Numbered from the stretch's first letter, positions 29,948-42,373 are shown. The stretch is 64,000 nucleotides of DNA from Nitrosopumilus sp. (GCA_965205425.1 CBDBGZ010000009.1:192001-256000); one strand, 5' to 3'. Made by a program: numbers and translations. Notes: generated from the sequence alone by a model not told the origin.

Positions 29948-32775
29948 TTTTTTAATAATTTCTTTAGATACTTTCCAGTATAACTTCCAGGTGCTTTGGA
30001 AATTTGTTTAGGAGTACCAATAGCCACAACTTTACCACCTTCATCACCACCTTCAGGTCCAAGATCAATTAACCAATCAGAATTTTTTATTACATCCATG
30101 TTGTGTTCAATTACAACTACAGAATTCCCCAAGTTTACTAACCGATTAAGAACATCTAATAATTTTTGAACGTCAGCAAAATGTAAACCTGTTGTAGGCT
30201 CATCTAAAATGTAAAGAGTTTTCCCAGTTCCGCGTTTAGATAATTCAGATGCAAGTTTTACTCTTTGAGCTTCACCTCCAGACAAAGTTGTAGAGGATTG
30301 CCCTAGTTTGATGTAACCCAAACCAACATCATATACTGTTTGTAGTTTTCTTTTAATAGCAGGAATATTCTCAAAGAAATTTAATGCCTCATAAACAGTC
30401 ATACCCAAAATATCAGAGATATTTTTTCCTTTATACAAAACATATAAGGTTTCAGTATTGTATCTTTTACCCTTACATTCATCACATTTTACATAAACAT
30501 CAGATAAAAACTGCATTTCGATTTGTTTAACACCATCACCATCACATGCAAAGCACCTGCCATCAGCTACGTTAAATGAAAATTGTCCTGGAGCATATCC
30601 ACGTTCTTTAGATAATGCAGTATTGGAATAAAGTTCTCGAATAGGGGTAAATGCACCAATATATGTAGCAGGATTTGAACGAGGAGTCCTTCCAATTGGA
30701 GATTGATCAATTGCAATAACTTTGTCGATATTATCTAAACCAAGAATTTCTTTGTGAGCTCCGGGTCTAACATTTGATTTGTAGAAATGATTTTCCAATG
30801 TTTTTAATAAAATATCATTTATCAACGTAGATTTTCCAGATCCAGATACTCCAGTTACTGAAACAAAAAGTCCTAAAGGAATTTCAACATCAATATCTTT
30901 AAGATTATTTTCTGAGGCATTCTTTATAATTAATGAACCAGAAGAATTACGGATTTTTTCATCGAGATTTATCAATGAATTGTTTCTCAAATATTTACCA
31001 GTTACAGATTTTTTATCTTTAAGAATTTGATTTACAGTTCCTTGAAAAACAACATTTCCTCCATGTACGCCAGCTCCAGGACCTAAATCAACCATCCAGT
31101 CTGAATTTCGTATAACTTCCTCGTCATGCTCTACAACTATGACTGTATTTCCCAGATTTCGTAGCTTATTTAGCGTTTTAATTAATCTAGTGTTATCTCG
31201 CTGATGTAATCCAATAGTAGGTTCATCAAGCACATACAAAACTCCAGTTAAGTTAGAACCAATCTGAGTAGCTAATCGTATTCGTTGCGATTCACCTCCA
31301 GACAATGTAGAACTTAATCGATTTAATGTAAGATAATTCAATCCAACATTCATTAAAAATTCTAAACGTTCTCTAATTTCTTTTAGAACATCTCTTGCAA
31401 TGTATTGTTCATTTTCAGTTAATTTTAACGAGGAAAAGAAATCATAGCAATGATCAATGGACATATCACATACATCCATAATTCCTTTTTCATTAATTTT
31501 TACTGCAAGTGATTCAGGTTTTAATTTTTTACCATCACATGTTGTACAAGGAGTATCCCTCATGAATTGTTTAAGCCATTCTCGTTTGGATTCAGAATCA
31601 GTTTCCATAAATGTGCGTTGCAAATTAGATAAGACACCTTCAAATGTATTTGTAGATTGCCAAGAAGAGTCTCCAGATTTTGAACGATATGTAAAATCAA
31701 TTAAATCATCGGTTCCGTGTAAAATTATTTGAAGATGTTTAGATTTTATCTTATCAAAAGGAGTCATTAAATCAAAACCAAATTTTTTCCCAACTGCCCT
31801 TAATGCTTGGCGTCGAAATGCAGAGAATCGTCCACTCCATGGAACAATAGCACCATCCAAAATAGATTTTGTTTTATCTGGAACTACTAAATCAGCATCA
31901 AATTCCATCTTTACACCTAAACCATTACATGTTTTACACATACCAAAAGGAGAATTAAATGAAAAAGATCTTGGCTCTAGTTCACCTACAGTCAAACCAC
32001 AGTAAGGACATGCATTATTTTGTGAGAAGATTTTTTCTAACTTTTCAGTTGCAATCATTACATCACCTTTTGATGCTTTGATTGCAGTTTGTATAGCCTC
32101 AAAAAGTCTGGATCTTTCAGATTTCTCAGTTGTAATTCTATCAACTACAATCTCAATATTATGCCATTTTTGCCTATCAAGAGGAGGGATTTCATCTTCC
32201 AGGCTTAAAATCTCCCCATTTAGGCGTATTCTAGAGTATCCATCTTTCTTAATTTGTTCAAATAATTTTTCATATGTTCCCTTTTTTCTCTGAACAATTG
32301 GAGCTAAAACTAGGGTTTTCTTTCCTGAAAAATATTTGAGTATAGAATCACATATTCGTTCAATAGATTGTGTCGACACTTTACGTCCACAATTTGTACA
32401 ATAGGGAATACCAATTCTTGCAAACAACAACCGCATGTAATCATAAATTTCAGTAGTAGTACCAACAGTAGAACGTGGATTTTTACTGGTAGTTTTTTGC
32501 TGTATTGAAATTGCAGGAGATAAACCTTCAATAGAATCAACATCAGGCTTGTCCATCATTTCTAAAAATTGACGAGCATATGCAGAAAGTGATTCCACAT
32601 ATCGTCTTTGACCTTCAGCATATATTGTATCAAAAGCTAATGTAGATTTTCCAGAACCAGACAAACCACTAATTACAACTAGTTTATTTTTAGGAATATC
32701 AATATCTAAATTCTTTAGATTATGATGTCGAGCCCCACGAATTTTTAATTTATTTTCTGTCATTTTTGTATTCAA
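29944..32775 (-). CDS. uvrA: Excinuclease ABC subunit A
   Basis: Two ABC ATPase modules and Zn fingers. Confidence 0.98.
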   Translation of the reverse strand: MNTKMTENKLKIRGARHHNLKNLDIDIPKNKLVVISGLSGSGKSTLAFDTIYAEGQRRYVESLSAYARQFLEMMDKPDVDSIEGLSPAISIQQKTTSKNPRSTVGTTTEIYDYMRLLFARIGIPYCTNCGRKVSTQSIERICDSILKYFSGKKTLVLAPIVQRKKGTYEKLFEQIKKDGYSRIRLNGEILSLEDEIPPLDRQKWHNIEIVVDRITTEKSERSRLFEAIQTAIKASKGDVMIATEKLEKIFSQNNACPYCGLTVGELEPRSFSFNSPFGMCKTCNGLGVKMEFDADLVVPDKTKSILDGAIVPWSGRFSAFRRQALRAVGKKFGFDLMTPFDKIKSKHLQIILHGTDDLIDFTYRSKSGDSSWQSTNTFEGVLSNLQRTFMETDSESKREWLKQFMRDTPCTTCDGKKLKPESLAVKINEKGIMDVCDMSIDHCYDFFSSLKLTENEQYIARDVLKEIRERLEFLMNVGLNYLTLNRLSSTLSGGESQRIRLATQIGSNLTGVLYVLDEPTIGLHQRDNTRLIKTLNKLRNLGNTVIVVEHDEEVIRNSDWMVDLGPGAGVHGGNVVFQGTVNQILKDKKSVTGKYLRNNSLINLDEKIRNSSGSLIIKNASENNLKDIDVEIPLGLFVSVTGVSGSGKSTLINDILLKTLENHFYKSNVRPGAHKEILGLDNIDKVIAIDQSPIGRTPRSNPATYIGAFTPIRELYSNTALSKERGYAPGQFSFNVADGRCFACDGDGVKQIEMQFLSDVYVKCDECKGKRYNTETLYVLYKGKNISDILGMTVYEALNFFENIPAIKRKLQTVYDVGLGYIKLGQSSTTLSGGEAQRVKLASELSKRGTGKTLYILDEPTTGLHFADVQKLLDVLNRLVNLGNSVVVIEHNMDVIKNSDWLIDLGPEGGDEGGKVVAIGTPKQISKAPGSYTGKYLKKLLKK

Positions 32776-34711
32776 TCTCCTTTTCTATTCTTTTTATTCT
32801 ATCTCTACATTCAATTGCACGTTCAAAATCTAATTCTTCTGAATATTTTTTCATTTGTGCATCTAATTCAATTATTTCAGTTGCAAGATCATGTGTTGAT
32901 TTTAATTTTGAATCATCTAAAGCAACTTCTTGTTCGGGAACAGATTTGATTATAGTTTTTGGAATAATGTTATGTTCTTTATTATACTGCATTTGTTTTT
33001 CTCTACGACGTTTAGTTTCATCCATTGCATTTTTCATATATTGAGTCGTATGGTCAGCATACATTATTACCGTTCCATGTTCATTTCTTGCAGCACGACC
33101 ACATGTCTGAATTAAACTTGTAAAATTTCTCAAAAACCCCTCTTTATCAGCATCTAAAATTGCAACCAAAGAAACTTCAGGAATATCCAATCCTTCTCTA
33201 AGAAGATTAATTCCAACAAGAACATCAAATTCGCCCAAGCGTAGTTGTCGAATAATCTCAGTTCGCTGCAATCCTTCAATTTCAGAGTGCATGTATCGTA
33301 CTCTGACTTGTTTTTTTGAAAGATATTCAGCCAAATCTTCAGCCATTCGTTTTGTCAAAGTTGTGACTAAAACTCGTTCAGAATTAGCAGATCTTTTGTT
33401 AATTTCTTTGATTAAATCATCCATCTGGTCTTTTGTGGGTCTAATCTCAACTTTAGGGTCAAGCAAACCAGTTGGCCTTACAAGTTGCTCAGCTATGTGA
33501 GATGAGATTTTTTTCTCATAGTCAGATGGAGTTGCTGAGACAAAAATGGTATTTTGAATGTATTTTTCAAATTCTTCAAATTTTAATGGTCTATTATCAA
33601 AAGCACTTGGCAATCTAAAACCATATGTAATTAATTCATTTTTTCTAGAGTGATCACCTTTGTACATGCCGTGAAGTTGAGGTAACGTGACATGAGATTC
33701 GTCAATTACCAAAAGATAGTCATCTCCAAAGAAATCCATTAAACAAAATGCTTTTTCTCCAGATTTTCGCCCATCAAAATGCCTAGAATAGTTTTCAATT
33801 CCAGAACAATAGCCCAATTCTTCAATCATTTCTAAATCATAGTTTGTTCTCATTTCAAGTCTTTGTTTTTCTAATTCATTTAATTCAGGTAAACGTAATT
33901 CCAATTCATTTCTTATTGATTTGACGGCTTTTTCTCGAACATCTTTTGCAATTAGATAGTGTTTTGCAGGATATATTTTCATTTGAGATATTTTCTTTTT
34001 TTCTTTTAATGAAACATGATCTAAAAGAGTAATTTTTTCAACTTCATCTCCAAACATAGAGATTCTTACTAAATCTTCAGAATATGCAGGAGTAATATCA
34101 ATAGTATCGCCCTTTACTCTAAAATTCCCAGGGGCTACTTCAGTGTCATTTCTTTCATATCTAGCATCAATGAACTGTCGAATAATTTCATTTCTTTTAA
34201 TTTCATCACCAGTGTTAATAGTGATAGCTAAATCTTCCCAATCTTTAGGATTTCCAAGAGAATAGATACAAGATACAGTAGATACAATGATTGTAGGTTC
34301 TCCAGATAAAAGCATCGCAGTTGCTTCTAATCTCAATTTTTCAATTTTTTCATTTACTTGAGTATCTTTTTCTATGTAAGTATCAGTTTGAGGAAGATAG
34401 CTTTCAGGTTGATAATAATCATAATACGATACAAAGTAACCCACATTATTTTTTGGAAAGAATTGTTTTAGCTCAGAATAAAGTTGTGCTGCCAAAGTTT
34501 TATTGTGAGAAATAACTAGCGTATTTTTTCCTGTTCGTTTAATTACATTTGCAACAGAAAATGTCTTACCACTTCCAGTTACTCCCAAAAGAGTTTGAAC
34601 TGAGCCTTTCTTGACACCATTAACCAATGCGTCGATAGCTTGAGGCTGATCTCCTGTAGGAGTATAATCAGATGCTAATTCAAATTTTGAGATTTGTTCC
34701 AACAAATACAA
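32750..34711 (-). CDS. uvrB: Excinuclease ABC subunit B
   Basis: GVTGSGKT, YYDYYQPE, DESH. Confidence 0.98.
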   Translation of the reverse strand: MYLLEQISKFELASDYTPTGDQPQAIDALVNGVKKGSVQTLLGVTGSGKTFSVANVIKRTGKNTLVISHNKTLAAQLYSELKQFFPKNNVGYFVSYYDYYQPESYLPQTDTYIEKDTQVNEKIEKLRLEATAMLLSGEPTIIVSTVSCIYSLGNPKDWEDLAITINTGDEIKRNEIIRQFIDARYERNDTEVAPGNFRVKGDTIDITPAYSEDLVRISMFGDEVEKITLLDHVSLKEKKKISQMKIYPAKHYLIAKDVREKAVKSIRNELELRLPELNELEKQRLEMRTNYDLEMIEELGYCSGIENYSRHFDGRKSGEKAFCLMDFFGDDYLLVIDESHVTLPQLHGMYKGDHSRKNELITYGFRLPSAFDNRPLKFEEFEKYIQNTIFVSATPSDYEKKISSHIAEQLVRPTGLLDPKVEIRPTKDQMDDLIKEINKRSANSERVLVTTLTKRMAEDLAEYLSKKQVRVRYMHSEIEGLQRTEIIRQLRLGEFDVLVGINLLREGLDIPEVSLVAILDADKEGFLRNFTSLIQTCGRAARNEHGTVIMYADHTTQYMKNAMDETKRRREKQMQYNKEHNIIPKTIIKSVPEQEVALDDSKLKSTHDLATEIIELDAQMKKYSEELDFERAIECRDRIKRIEKEIEYKNDRK

Positions 34712-35020
34712 TCCCTAAAAACTGAACTTATAGCTAACGTTTCTTAATTAAAAACAAACAGTCAGCTAATTTTCAAAAATGAAAATTTTGGGACATTTTT
34801 AAATTCAAAAATAATAAAATTCAGCATTGTCATCAAAAAAGAAAAAAAGTGAAGAAAAGCCAGAAGACAATAAAAAAGAAAACAGAGAAGTGAAAGATAC
34901 CGAACAAGAAATTCTGTTTGAACTTAGATTAAAAACAGATGAGTCATTTAAAAAATTAAAAGAAGCAAACAAAAAAGATCATGTTGGATTTTGATATTTT
35001 ATTAAATTAATTACAAATAA

Positions 35021-35653
35021 CTACCATACAGGCTCATCTATCATTTTCAAACCATCATGAGTCACCTCAAAACCCATAATTTTCAAGGTTTTCAGAGCCG
35101 TTGGAGAATTTTTCTTGAAGATTTTTTGTGCAAGATTCATCCTATCACCAGGTCTCATATGTTGACCGATTTTGTATTTACCATGAAGTGTTTGTGGAGT
35201 AACTTTGATAACACTAACAGCATCTAAAACTCGCATATCAGATTGAATTGGATCATATTGTCCTTCAGGTTGGTATTTTTTCATCAAGCCATTTAGCGCA
35301 AGTGTTTTTTCTTCTCTATCAGAAACAAAGGAGGCAATTCCTTTGATTACAACACTGATGTACAACGTATCAGCAAGGGATGCATTATGAGGATCTTCAA
35401 AGTAAGATGGCAAAAATTCTAGTTCTCTGTCTGCTTCAAATCCAATCTTGTTGTTTCTAGAAATATTGTCTAATTTCTCACCCTTTACATGGGAATGCAT
35501 GTATACTGCATCATTAAGAAATACAAAATTCATTGGAATGATTTGGGGAAAACCATTCTCATCAATACTAGATATTCGTCCAACATGTTCTTCATTTAGA
35601 AATTCTTTTACTTTATCATAAGATCTAATCTGAAGAATACCAGTTAACTGCAT
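35021..35653 (-). CDS. Pyridoxamine 5'-phosphate oxidase-like flavin-binding protein
   Basis: VGRISSID..PQIIPMNF, GEKLDNI; ATG MQLTG is the more likely start. Confidence 0.85.
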   Translation of the reverse strand: MQLTGILQIRSYDKVKEFLNEEHVGRISSIDENGFPQIIPMNFVFLNDAVYMHSHVKGEKLDNISRNNKIGFEADRELEFLPSYFEDPHNASLADTLYISVVIKGIASFVSDREEKTLALNGLMKKYQPEGQYDPIQSDMRVLDAVSVIKVTPQTLHGKYKIGQHMRPGDRMNLAQKIFKKNSPTALKTLKIMGFEVTHDGLKMIDEPVW

Positions 35654-35696
35654 GCAATATTTCAAAAAAATAATATTATAAATCCTAAGTATAGAA

Positions 35697-35954
35697 ATGC
35701 CTAAAATACAAGACAAATCAAAAATCATTATGGATGATCCATATCTTAATGATCTAAGGGATGATTTTCAAGGATATTCAAATCAATTAAAAAAACTAAA
35801 AAAGAAATTACTCAAAACAAAATCTCCTGAATCTCAAGCAAAGATAATCAAACAGATTGATTCCATAGCAAACAAAATGGAGAATAATCAAAAACAGTCA
35901 GTAAAAGTAACAAAATCTAGGATCAAGGAACTAAAGTCAAAATCAAGAAAATAG
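35697..35954 (+). CDS. Small basic coiled-coil protein
   Basis: ORF. Confidence 0.6.
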   Translation: MPKIQDKSKIIMDDPYLNDLRDDFQGYSNQLKKLKKKLLKTKSPESQAKIIKQIDSIANKMENNQKQSVKVTKSRIKELKSKSRK

Positions 35955-36131
35955 AATCAATCTTCTTCATCTAATTCTTTGGCCATTGCCTTAATTTCTA
36001 AAATCTTACATTCTAATTCATTACATTCGGTTTTGAATTCTGTGCTCATATGTCATAATTACAAAAATAATCAAAAGCAAATAACATTCTAAAACTTGAC
36101 TTTTTTCATCCAATTTCTTCATTAATGTAAA

Positions 36132-36581
36132 TTGCTAAATTTAGGATCAAATCAACTAAATGAAATGACTGAGATTGATGAAGAACGAGAAGAAGCTACC
36201 AAAATAACACTTGATCTTCTTGAAGAATGGGGGTCACAATCAAGATTCATCTGGTTCAGAGAACTACATAGAATTACAGACATTGACAAAGGATTACTCA
36301 GAAATGTTCTCAATGAATTAAAAAAATCAAAAGAAGTTAAAGAAATGCATGGGACAAATAACAGGATATTCTTTTGTCTCAAAAGATACTATATCAAATG
36401 CCGAGATGTTGAATTTCGATTTAAAGGTAAAGAGATAATGTTACGGGATGGGAGTAAAACAAAAATTATTCAGGGTGAAACAAAAGCAACTGAGCGTACA
36501 AGGAAAAGACTAGAGAAGCAGAAAAAGAAACGTAAAGCAAAATCACTTACAAAAACTAAAACAAAAACCAGTAGACATTAA
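36132..36581 (+). CDS. wHTH protein with basic tail
   Basis: FRELHRITDIDKGLLRNVLNEL HTH pattern. Confidence 0.6.
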   Translation: MLNLGSNQLNEMTEIDEEREEATKITLDLLEEWGSQSRFIWFRELHRITDIDKGLLRNVLNELKKSKEVKEMHGTNNRIFFCLKRYYIKCRDVEFRFKGKEIMLRDGSKTKIIQGETKATERTRKRLEKQKKKRKAKSLTKTKTKTSRH

Positions 36582-36582
36582 A

Positions 36583-36816
36583 TCATAAAGAGTCTTCGGC
36601 TTGGCGTCTTGCAAAATTTGATTCTGCACGTTTTAGTTTTGAAGACTCTGCAACATCTTCAGTCATATCATACAAATTGTGCAACTCCATATCAGGAGTC
36701 AATTCATCTTCCTTTTCATCATCTAAATCATATTCAAGATTTGCCAAAATTTCCACATTTTCCTCTAAAATGTCAAGGCATTTTTTTACTGATTCAGGAA
36801 GGTCTTCATCCATCAT
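36583..36816 (-). CDS. Small acidic protein
   Basis: ORF. Confidence 0.5.
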   Translation of the reverse strand: MMDEDLPESVKKCLDILEENVEILANLEYDLDDEKEDELTPDMELHNLYDMTEDVAESSKLKRAESNFARRQAEDSL

Positions 36817-36872
36817 AGTATCTAGTATACAGTAAACTAAATGATTTGCTGTATGTTATAGTAAAGAACGTC

Positions 36873-37985
36873 TTATTGTTTGGCTTTTGCTTTTTCACGT
36901 AATGCAGGCATTACATGACTTGCAAATTTATCAATAGAACCAAAGTAGTTCTTACCCCAGAATCTAATTACAAAGTGATTAACACCAGCATCCATGAATC
37001 TCTCAAATACAGGAATCATGTCTTCAGGAGTACCAACTGCAGTTGATGAACGAGCAACATCATTAGGAATTTTAGTTGCAGCCTCTCTCATCTTTACAAT
37101 CCAACTTTGATCAGACATTGAATATTCTGTAAAGTATTTTACGAAATCAAATCCTTCAATTTCTTTTAATCCGTGAACTCTCAAAATTTCAGGCTTGAAT
37201 AAACTAACTTTTACCGCCTCTTTCATCTTAGCCCAAGATGCTTCTGCATCTTCTGAAAAGTAGACATCAATATCCAAAGCCATTTGGAAGTTATCTTTTT
37301 CTTCTTGTGTTCTGTTATTTGCATCCATTGAAACCTCGATTTGTTTTCTATGATCTTCAAATAATTCAGGAGTATAACCGATTGGTAGCCATCCATCGCC
37401 TAGTTTTCCAGTTAATGCAAGTGTACGTTTACCACCTGATGCCATATAGGTAGGTGGACGTGGTTTTCTAATTGGCGGAGCTTGCAAGCATGCGCCTTCA
37501 AGTTGATAGTATTTTCCCTTATAATCGACAGTATTATCAGGAGTTGATGTGTATAATTTATGAATAGTTTCAATTTGTTCTTCCCATTTTGAAACTGGTT
37601 TTTCAAATGGAATGCAGAATTCTTTCAAGTTCTGTGCTTCACCAGCTCCAATTCCTAAAATTGCTCTACCTTTAGAAACTCTATCAAGAGTAATTGCAGC
37701 TAGTGCAATATTTGATGGATGTCTTCGGATTGCATCAGTAACACAAGTTCCTAGTTCAACATTATTTGTTACAGCTGCAATTGCAGATAACATAACCCAA
37801 GGGTCAAGAACAGTAGCATTTTTCCATTGCGGTACATTTGTGTGGTCCATATAGAAAATAGAATCATAACCAGTTTTGTCAGCAAGTATACATGCTGTCA
37901 ATATTTGGTCTTCAGTATAACCAGCTCTTGCTACATTTAGTCCATTTTGAATACCAAATTTGAGTTGTTTTGAAGCCAAGTACAT
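36873..37985 (-). CDS. LLM class (F420-dependent) oxidoreductase
   Basis: MDH...LDPWVMLSAIAAVT...LGTCVT; RAILGIGAG. Confidence 0.92.
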   Translation of the reverse strand: MYLASKQLKFGIQNGLNVARAGYTEDQILTACILADKTGYDSIFYMDHTNVPQWKNATVLDPWVMLSAIAAVTNNVELGTCVTDAIRRHPSNIALAAITLDRVSKGRAILGIGAGEAQNLKEFCIPFEKPVSKWEEQIETIHKLYTSTPDNTVDYKGKYYQLEGACLQAPPIRKPRPPTYMASGGKRTLALTGKLGDGWLPIGYTPELFEDHRKQIEVSMDANNRTQEEKDNFQMALDIDVYFSEDAEASWAKMKEAVKVSLFKPEILRVHGLKEIEGFDFVKYFTEYSMSDQSWIVKMREAATKIPNDVARSSTAVGTPEDMIPVFERFMDAGVNHFVIRFWGKNYFGSIDKFASHVMPALREKAKAKQ

Positions 37986-38078
37986 TTACGTTAGATTGTT
38001 AGAATAAAAAGTTTCATCAAGCTGCCAATTTCGTACTTTATCAAGAAAATAGAAAAAAAGTAAAAAATGTTGAATTTT

Positions 38079-39023
38079 TTACAAATTGCCTGCATTGATA
38101 TCTTCAAGACACTTTACGACATCATCTTTTGATATTGGAATTGGATTTGGATCCAAATGTCCTTTATCTGTCATTACAGTATCTGCAGCTTCTGAAATAT
38201 CAGCTTTGAGTTCTAGTTTATCAAAGCCAAGTTTTTCCATAGCCTCTTTGAATCTATCATAGAAGATTGATTTGTTATGCTTGTGTGCAACGGTAGTACA
38301 AGAGGACAATGAATATCCATGTGGTACACCCTCATTTGAGAACACATAGGACAATGCATGTCCTAAAGTGGTAGAACAATTACCAAAGCCCATTCCAGAT
38401 AACATTGATCCGTAAGGATAGTTTTCTGGTTTGTCATTCATAATTGCATCATACAGAATATCAAATGCTTGTTTGCATAGAGTTCTTGTCAAGTCATTAC
38501 CGAGTTTGCTATCATAGCCTTCGGTAGCTTGAGCACATGCATCACAGACAGAATTTTTCAAGACTTGTTCTGGAGTACCATCCATAAAGTATGAATCCAC
38601 TACAGCCATGTCAGCTAAAAATTTGTCTTCACGTAACAATTTCTTTTTACCATCAAATTTCAGAACACAATAAGTTGTCATTTCAGCTCCAGTTCCAAAT
38701 GTTGTTGGAATTAAGATTTTTTCTTTTTTCATCTCAGGTGCAACATATTTTACTACATCCATTGAACTTCCACCACCAAGTCCAATTAGACATGATGGGT
38801 TTTTGTCTCTGAATTGCGAAATAACAGTATTGACATCGTCAATTGATGGTTCAGGTTTTACTTGGTCATACAACATGTAATCCTGGATACCCATTCTTGC
38901 TAACCATTTGTCAGATAGTGCTGGCGGAACGGTTGTGACAACTAGGGCATTTTTTGGATACTCTGTTTCACCAAGTGCATTTTCTCCAAAGTTGATAACT
39001 TTTGGAATGCGTACTGTTTGCAT
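38079..39023 (-). CDS. Iron-containing alcohol dehydrogenase family; likely malonic semialdehyde reductase of the 3HP/4HB cycle
   Basis: GLGGGSSMD, IPTTFGTG, HALS, HG motifs; substrate assignment rests on recalled Nitrosopumilus synteny. Confidence 0.85.
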   Translation of the reverse strand: MQTVRIPKVINFGENALGETEYPKNALVVTTVPPALSDKWLARMGIQDYMLYDQVKPEPSIDDVNTVISQFRDKNPSCLIGLGGGSSMDVVKYVAPEMKKEKILIPTTFGTGAEMTTYCVLKFDGKKKLLREDKFLADMAVVDSYFMDGTPEQVLKNSVCDACAQATEGYDSKLGNDLTRTLCKQAFDILYDAIMNDKPENYPYGSMLSGMGFGNCSTTLGHALSYVFSNEGVPHGYSLSSCTTVAHKHNKSIFYDRFKEAMEKLGFDKLELKADISEAADTVMTDKGHLDPNPIPISKDDVVKCLEDINAGNL

Positions 39024-39060
39024 AAATCAGAAGCATCATTGATTATTATTATATCTTGCA

Positions 39061-40350
39061 TTGTTGAGTGACAGTATGATTATTAGGAATTTTGAGGATT
39101 TAGCAACCACAGATAAGAAAAAAGATTGTTTAGAAATTCTAGAATCAGGATTACAAGCAGCAAATCCAGAAAACATTATTCAAAAATTTGTCAGACCAAA
39201 TGAAATCAAAATAAATGGAAAAACATTCAATCTTGAGAAATATTCCAATATCTATTCAGTTGCTTTTGGAAAAGCAGGAGATTCTATGACTAGAGCACTA
39301 AATGCAGTAATTCCAATTAAAAGCGGAATCATAGTTATCCCAAAAGGCTCAAAATCCCTTATCAAAGGTAAAAAATTTCAAATTTTTAATTCAAGACATC
39401 CCAAACCAGACCAAACAAGCGTAAAAGCCGCAAAAGAAGTCATGAAATTTGTTCAAAACAAGCGAGGGGATGAATTGATAATTTTTCTAGTGTCTGGAGG
39501 AGGTTCGGCATTACTTGCAATGCCAGATGATATTACTTTAGAAGATAAAGTTCATGTAACAAATGTATTGCTCAAGTCAGGAGCCACAATTCAAGAGTTT
39601 AACTGCATACGAAAACATCTCTCAAAAATCAAAGGAGGGAAATTGGTAGAAAATATGAAGTGTGAGGGAATAAGCTTAGTAATGTCAGATGTAGAAGGAG
39701 ATGATCTTTCATCTATTGCTTCAGGAACTACATACATGGATGATACTACATATGCAGATGCATTAGATATTATCGACAAATACAAAATCCGTTGGAAAAT
39801 GCCACAAGAAGTTTTAGATCTTTTAGAGAAAGGAAAAAATAAAAAAATAGAAACTAGAAAAAAATCTAAAATCGAAAATTTTGTTGTTGCGAATAATGAT
39901 GATTGTTTGCAAGCAATGAAAGAAAAAGCTGAAAAAATAGGCTATACAGTATGTATGATACAACTTTTTGGAGATATCAAAGAAGCAGTAACAAAAATTC
40001 TTGAGAGAATTTCAGAAGATGAAAAAACGTGTATAATTTTTGGAGGAGAAACTACAGTTAAAGTTCTAGGAAAAGGAATGGGAGGAAGAAACCAAGAATT
40101 AGTTTTAAGATTATTAAAAAATACACAGAAATTAAAAAAGATGGCTATTGCATCAATTGGTACAGACGGAATTGATGGAAATTCTCTCTTTGCTGGAGCA
40201 ATTACAGAAAATATCAAAATAGATTTGGATACAATGAAGGAATTTCTAAAAAATAGTGATTCAGGGCGATTCTTCCAAAAGCAAAAAGGAAATGTCATTA
40301 CAAATGCCACGCATACAAATTTGATGGACATAGGCGTGATTTTACGATAA
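39061..40350 (+). CDS. Glycerate 2-kinase (MOFRL family)
   Basis: SGGGSAL, GGETTV, GGRNQE, GTDGIDG, TNLMD. Confidence 0.93.
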   Translation: MLSDSMIIRNFEDLATTDKKKDCLEILESGLQAANPENIIQKFVRPNEIKINGKTFNLEKYSNIYSVAFGKAGDSMTRALNAVIPIKSGIIVIPKGSKSLIKGKKFQIFNSRHPKPDQTSVKAAKEVMKFVQNKRGDELIIFLVSGGGSALLAMPDDITLEDKVHVTNVLLKSGATIQEFNCIRKHLSKIKGGKLVENMKCEGISLVMSDVEGDDLSSIASGTTYMDDTTYADALDIIDKYKIRWKMPQEVLDLLEKGKNKKIETRKKSKIENFVVANNDDCLQAMKEKAEKIGYTVCMIQLFGDIKEAVTKILERISEDEKTCIIFGGETTVKVLGKGMGGRNQELVLRLLKNTQKLKKMAIASIGTDGIDGNSLFAGAITENIKIDLDTMKEFLKNSDSGRFFQKQKGNVITNATHTNLMDIGVILR

Positions 40351-40449
40351 CTTTTGAAAAATAGCCTAAAAAATATTAAATTTTAAAATCCAAATTAAAC
40401 AAATGTCTATTTGAAAAGTAGAGTCCTTCAAATATCACAATTGTCTAAT

Positions 40450-40635
40450 TGAGACATGGGCATAATTATTTACAAAAATAATTTCCAATATCGCTCTAGC
40501 AACACAGCATTCTCTTCACAATTCTTGGATTCTCTGTTTTTGTTATGCAATTGTAATATACTGCAAGTTGATACACCAACACGCAAACCAATACAAATGA
40601 TTTCACGTTGTCAAATCCTTTCACATGTACAGTTC
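40450..40635 (-). mobile_element. Right-end remnant of the IS family seen at 60632-61775
   Basis: TIR TGAGACATGGGCATAA plus transposase C-terminus. Confidence 0.8.
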
Positions 40636-41606
40636 GGCCTTGTAGAAACCATGATAAAATAACAAAATCTAATTTTCTAATCCTGTAAGCATTGTATGCA
40701 ATTAACCTGTACAACATCTCATTGTCCTGAGTTGTAACATTTCTTGATGTGACATCTCCTGACATTATCTGTTTGATCACAAAAAAGATTGTTTCAGATT
40801 TGTTTCTCTGATGGTACAATTGTACAGGAAAGTTCCTCTTCATCTCCTTTCTGTGAATTCCGCTGGTTCTGTAAATTGGAACTGTTCTATATCGAGTTGG
40901 AATTATTGCAGCTGTGTTGATCTGTTCTGCACCAACATGGTTATTCTCATCATCAAAACCCATGTCACCTAACACAATATCAACTGGAACAATATTGTTG
41001 GTTTTGTACAACAATGGCAGAAAATCAGGATTATCATGTTGCATGTTGTGGTGTGTCATGACACAGCAAACAAGCTGTGTATTCATGTCAGCACAAACAA
41101 CAACTTTTAGGAAATTCCTGCGTAACTGTACTCTTTTTGTATAATAGTATGATGCTGTACTGTAACTGAATCCGCTACCATCAATTCCAGCTAGAACCAG
41201 TCTGACTTTTTTGTACAAAATGAATTCCTGCAACATTTTATGTAACAGATTTCCTTCCAGTCTTGCAGCTGCCTTTTGTAGTGTGGTGTAATGTGGAATG
41301 GTAGACAAACCAAGATATTCCTGAATTCCTACACATTCTTCTAAAAATTCTGTAAATCTTCTATAACTCTTTGATTCGTACTGTCGTATTGCCAAGAGTA
41401 TGAGATGTGTCCAAACAGAATAGATATGATTTGATTTTGGATGTAAGAACCTAGGAATTCTGCATCTGGTGATTATATTGAGTAGTGTTTTGCACATTTT
41501 GACGTATGATGAGACCATACTGTAATCTGCAAATACAATCCTAATGGATCTAAATTAGCTAAAATGTATCACAATTGGGTTAAAATCAGATGGTTTCTAC
41601 AAGGCC
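40636..41606 (-). mobile_element. IS5-family element with intact DDE transposase
   Basis: 16-bp TIR GGCCTTGTAGAAACCA; IDGSG, GDMGFD, RNKSETIF; no TSD. Confidence 0.9.
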
Positions 41607-41861
41607 CACGTAAAGCACTCTCGTACAAGAGTGAGACATCCACAAACAAATGGTAAGCTAGAAAAGTTCTGGGATATCTTTGAGTGTAAAATAGAATACT
41701 TTGAGTCAGTGGAGCAGTTTATGCATTGGTACAATCACATTAGAGTTCATGGCGCACTAGACTTGGATAATATGGAGACACCATCTGATGCGTATCACTC
41801 CAAGATGATAACAAACGAAATACTCATAGACCCAAGTATTCTATGGAGGAATTACTCATGA
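41607..41861 (+). pseudogene. IS481-like integrase-core fragment
   Basis: HPQTNGKLEKFW...WYNHIRVH...TP. Confidence 0.75.
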
Positions 41862-42295
41862 AAGTGACACGAAATAATTTTTGGAAAGAACAGATTAAAT
41901 TCACATCTGTTCTTTTTTTATTTGGTTCTGCTGTTATCCTATTATCTATTGGTTTTATTGTATTGTATGAAATACCAACAGCACCTGATAATTTAATTGA
42001 AAAGCAATATGATAGTTTTGAAAAATTATTTATAAATCACTATTTGTTCAAAGACAAAGAAGGTATTGATGAAACTATTTCATATCGTGTGACTCATATT
42101 GAAGAGAGTTTATCACCATGGTATAATGGTGATGGTAGTTTTAAATCTAAATATGATTCTTACACATTTTATTTCAGAATACATGATAATAGATTAGTAT
42201 TATTTAGTATAGATGGTTATGATGATAATTGTATTCCTAGAGCCAGTCCTTATCATTCTGTATGTGCAAATCCATGGCCATTGGATGATTGGTAA
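41843..42295 (+). CDS. Membrane-anchored hypothetical protein
   Basis: N-terminal TM; 5' end fused to the IS fragment. Confidence 0.55.
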   Translation: MEELLMKVTRNNFWKEQIKFTSVLFLFGSAVILLSIGFIVLYEIPTAPDNLIEKQYDSFEKLFINHYLFKDKEGIDETISYRVTHIEESLSPWYNGDGSFKSKYDSYTFYFRIHDNRLVLFSIDGYDDNCIPRASPYHSVCANPWPLDDW

Positions 42296-42315
42296 TAGAT
42301 AGAAAAGTGATCATA

Positions 42316-42373
42316 TAGCGAAAAGATAAAGTTCGTGAACTAAATAATTCCAAAACAAAAAACTTTTTGATCA
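42316..42373. mobile_element. Solo IS630 end
   Basis: Reverse complement of 23563-23620. Confidence 0.8.
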
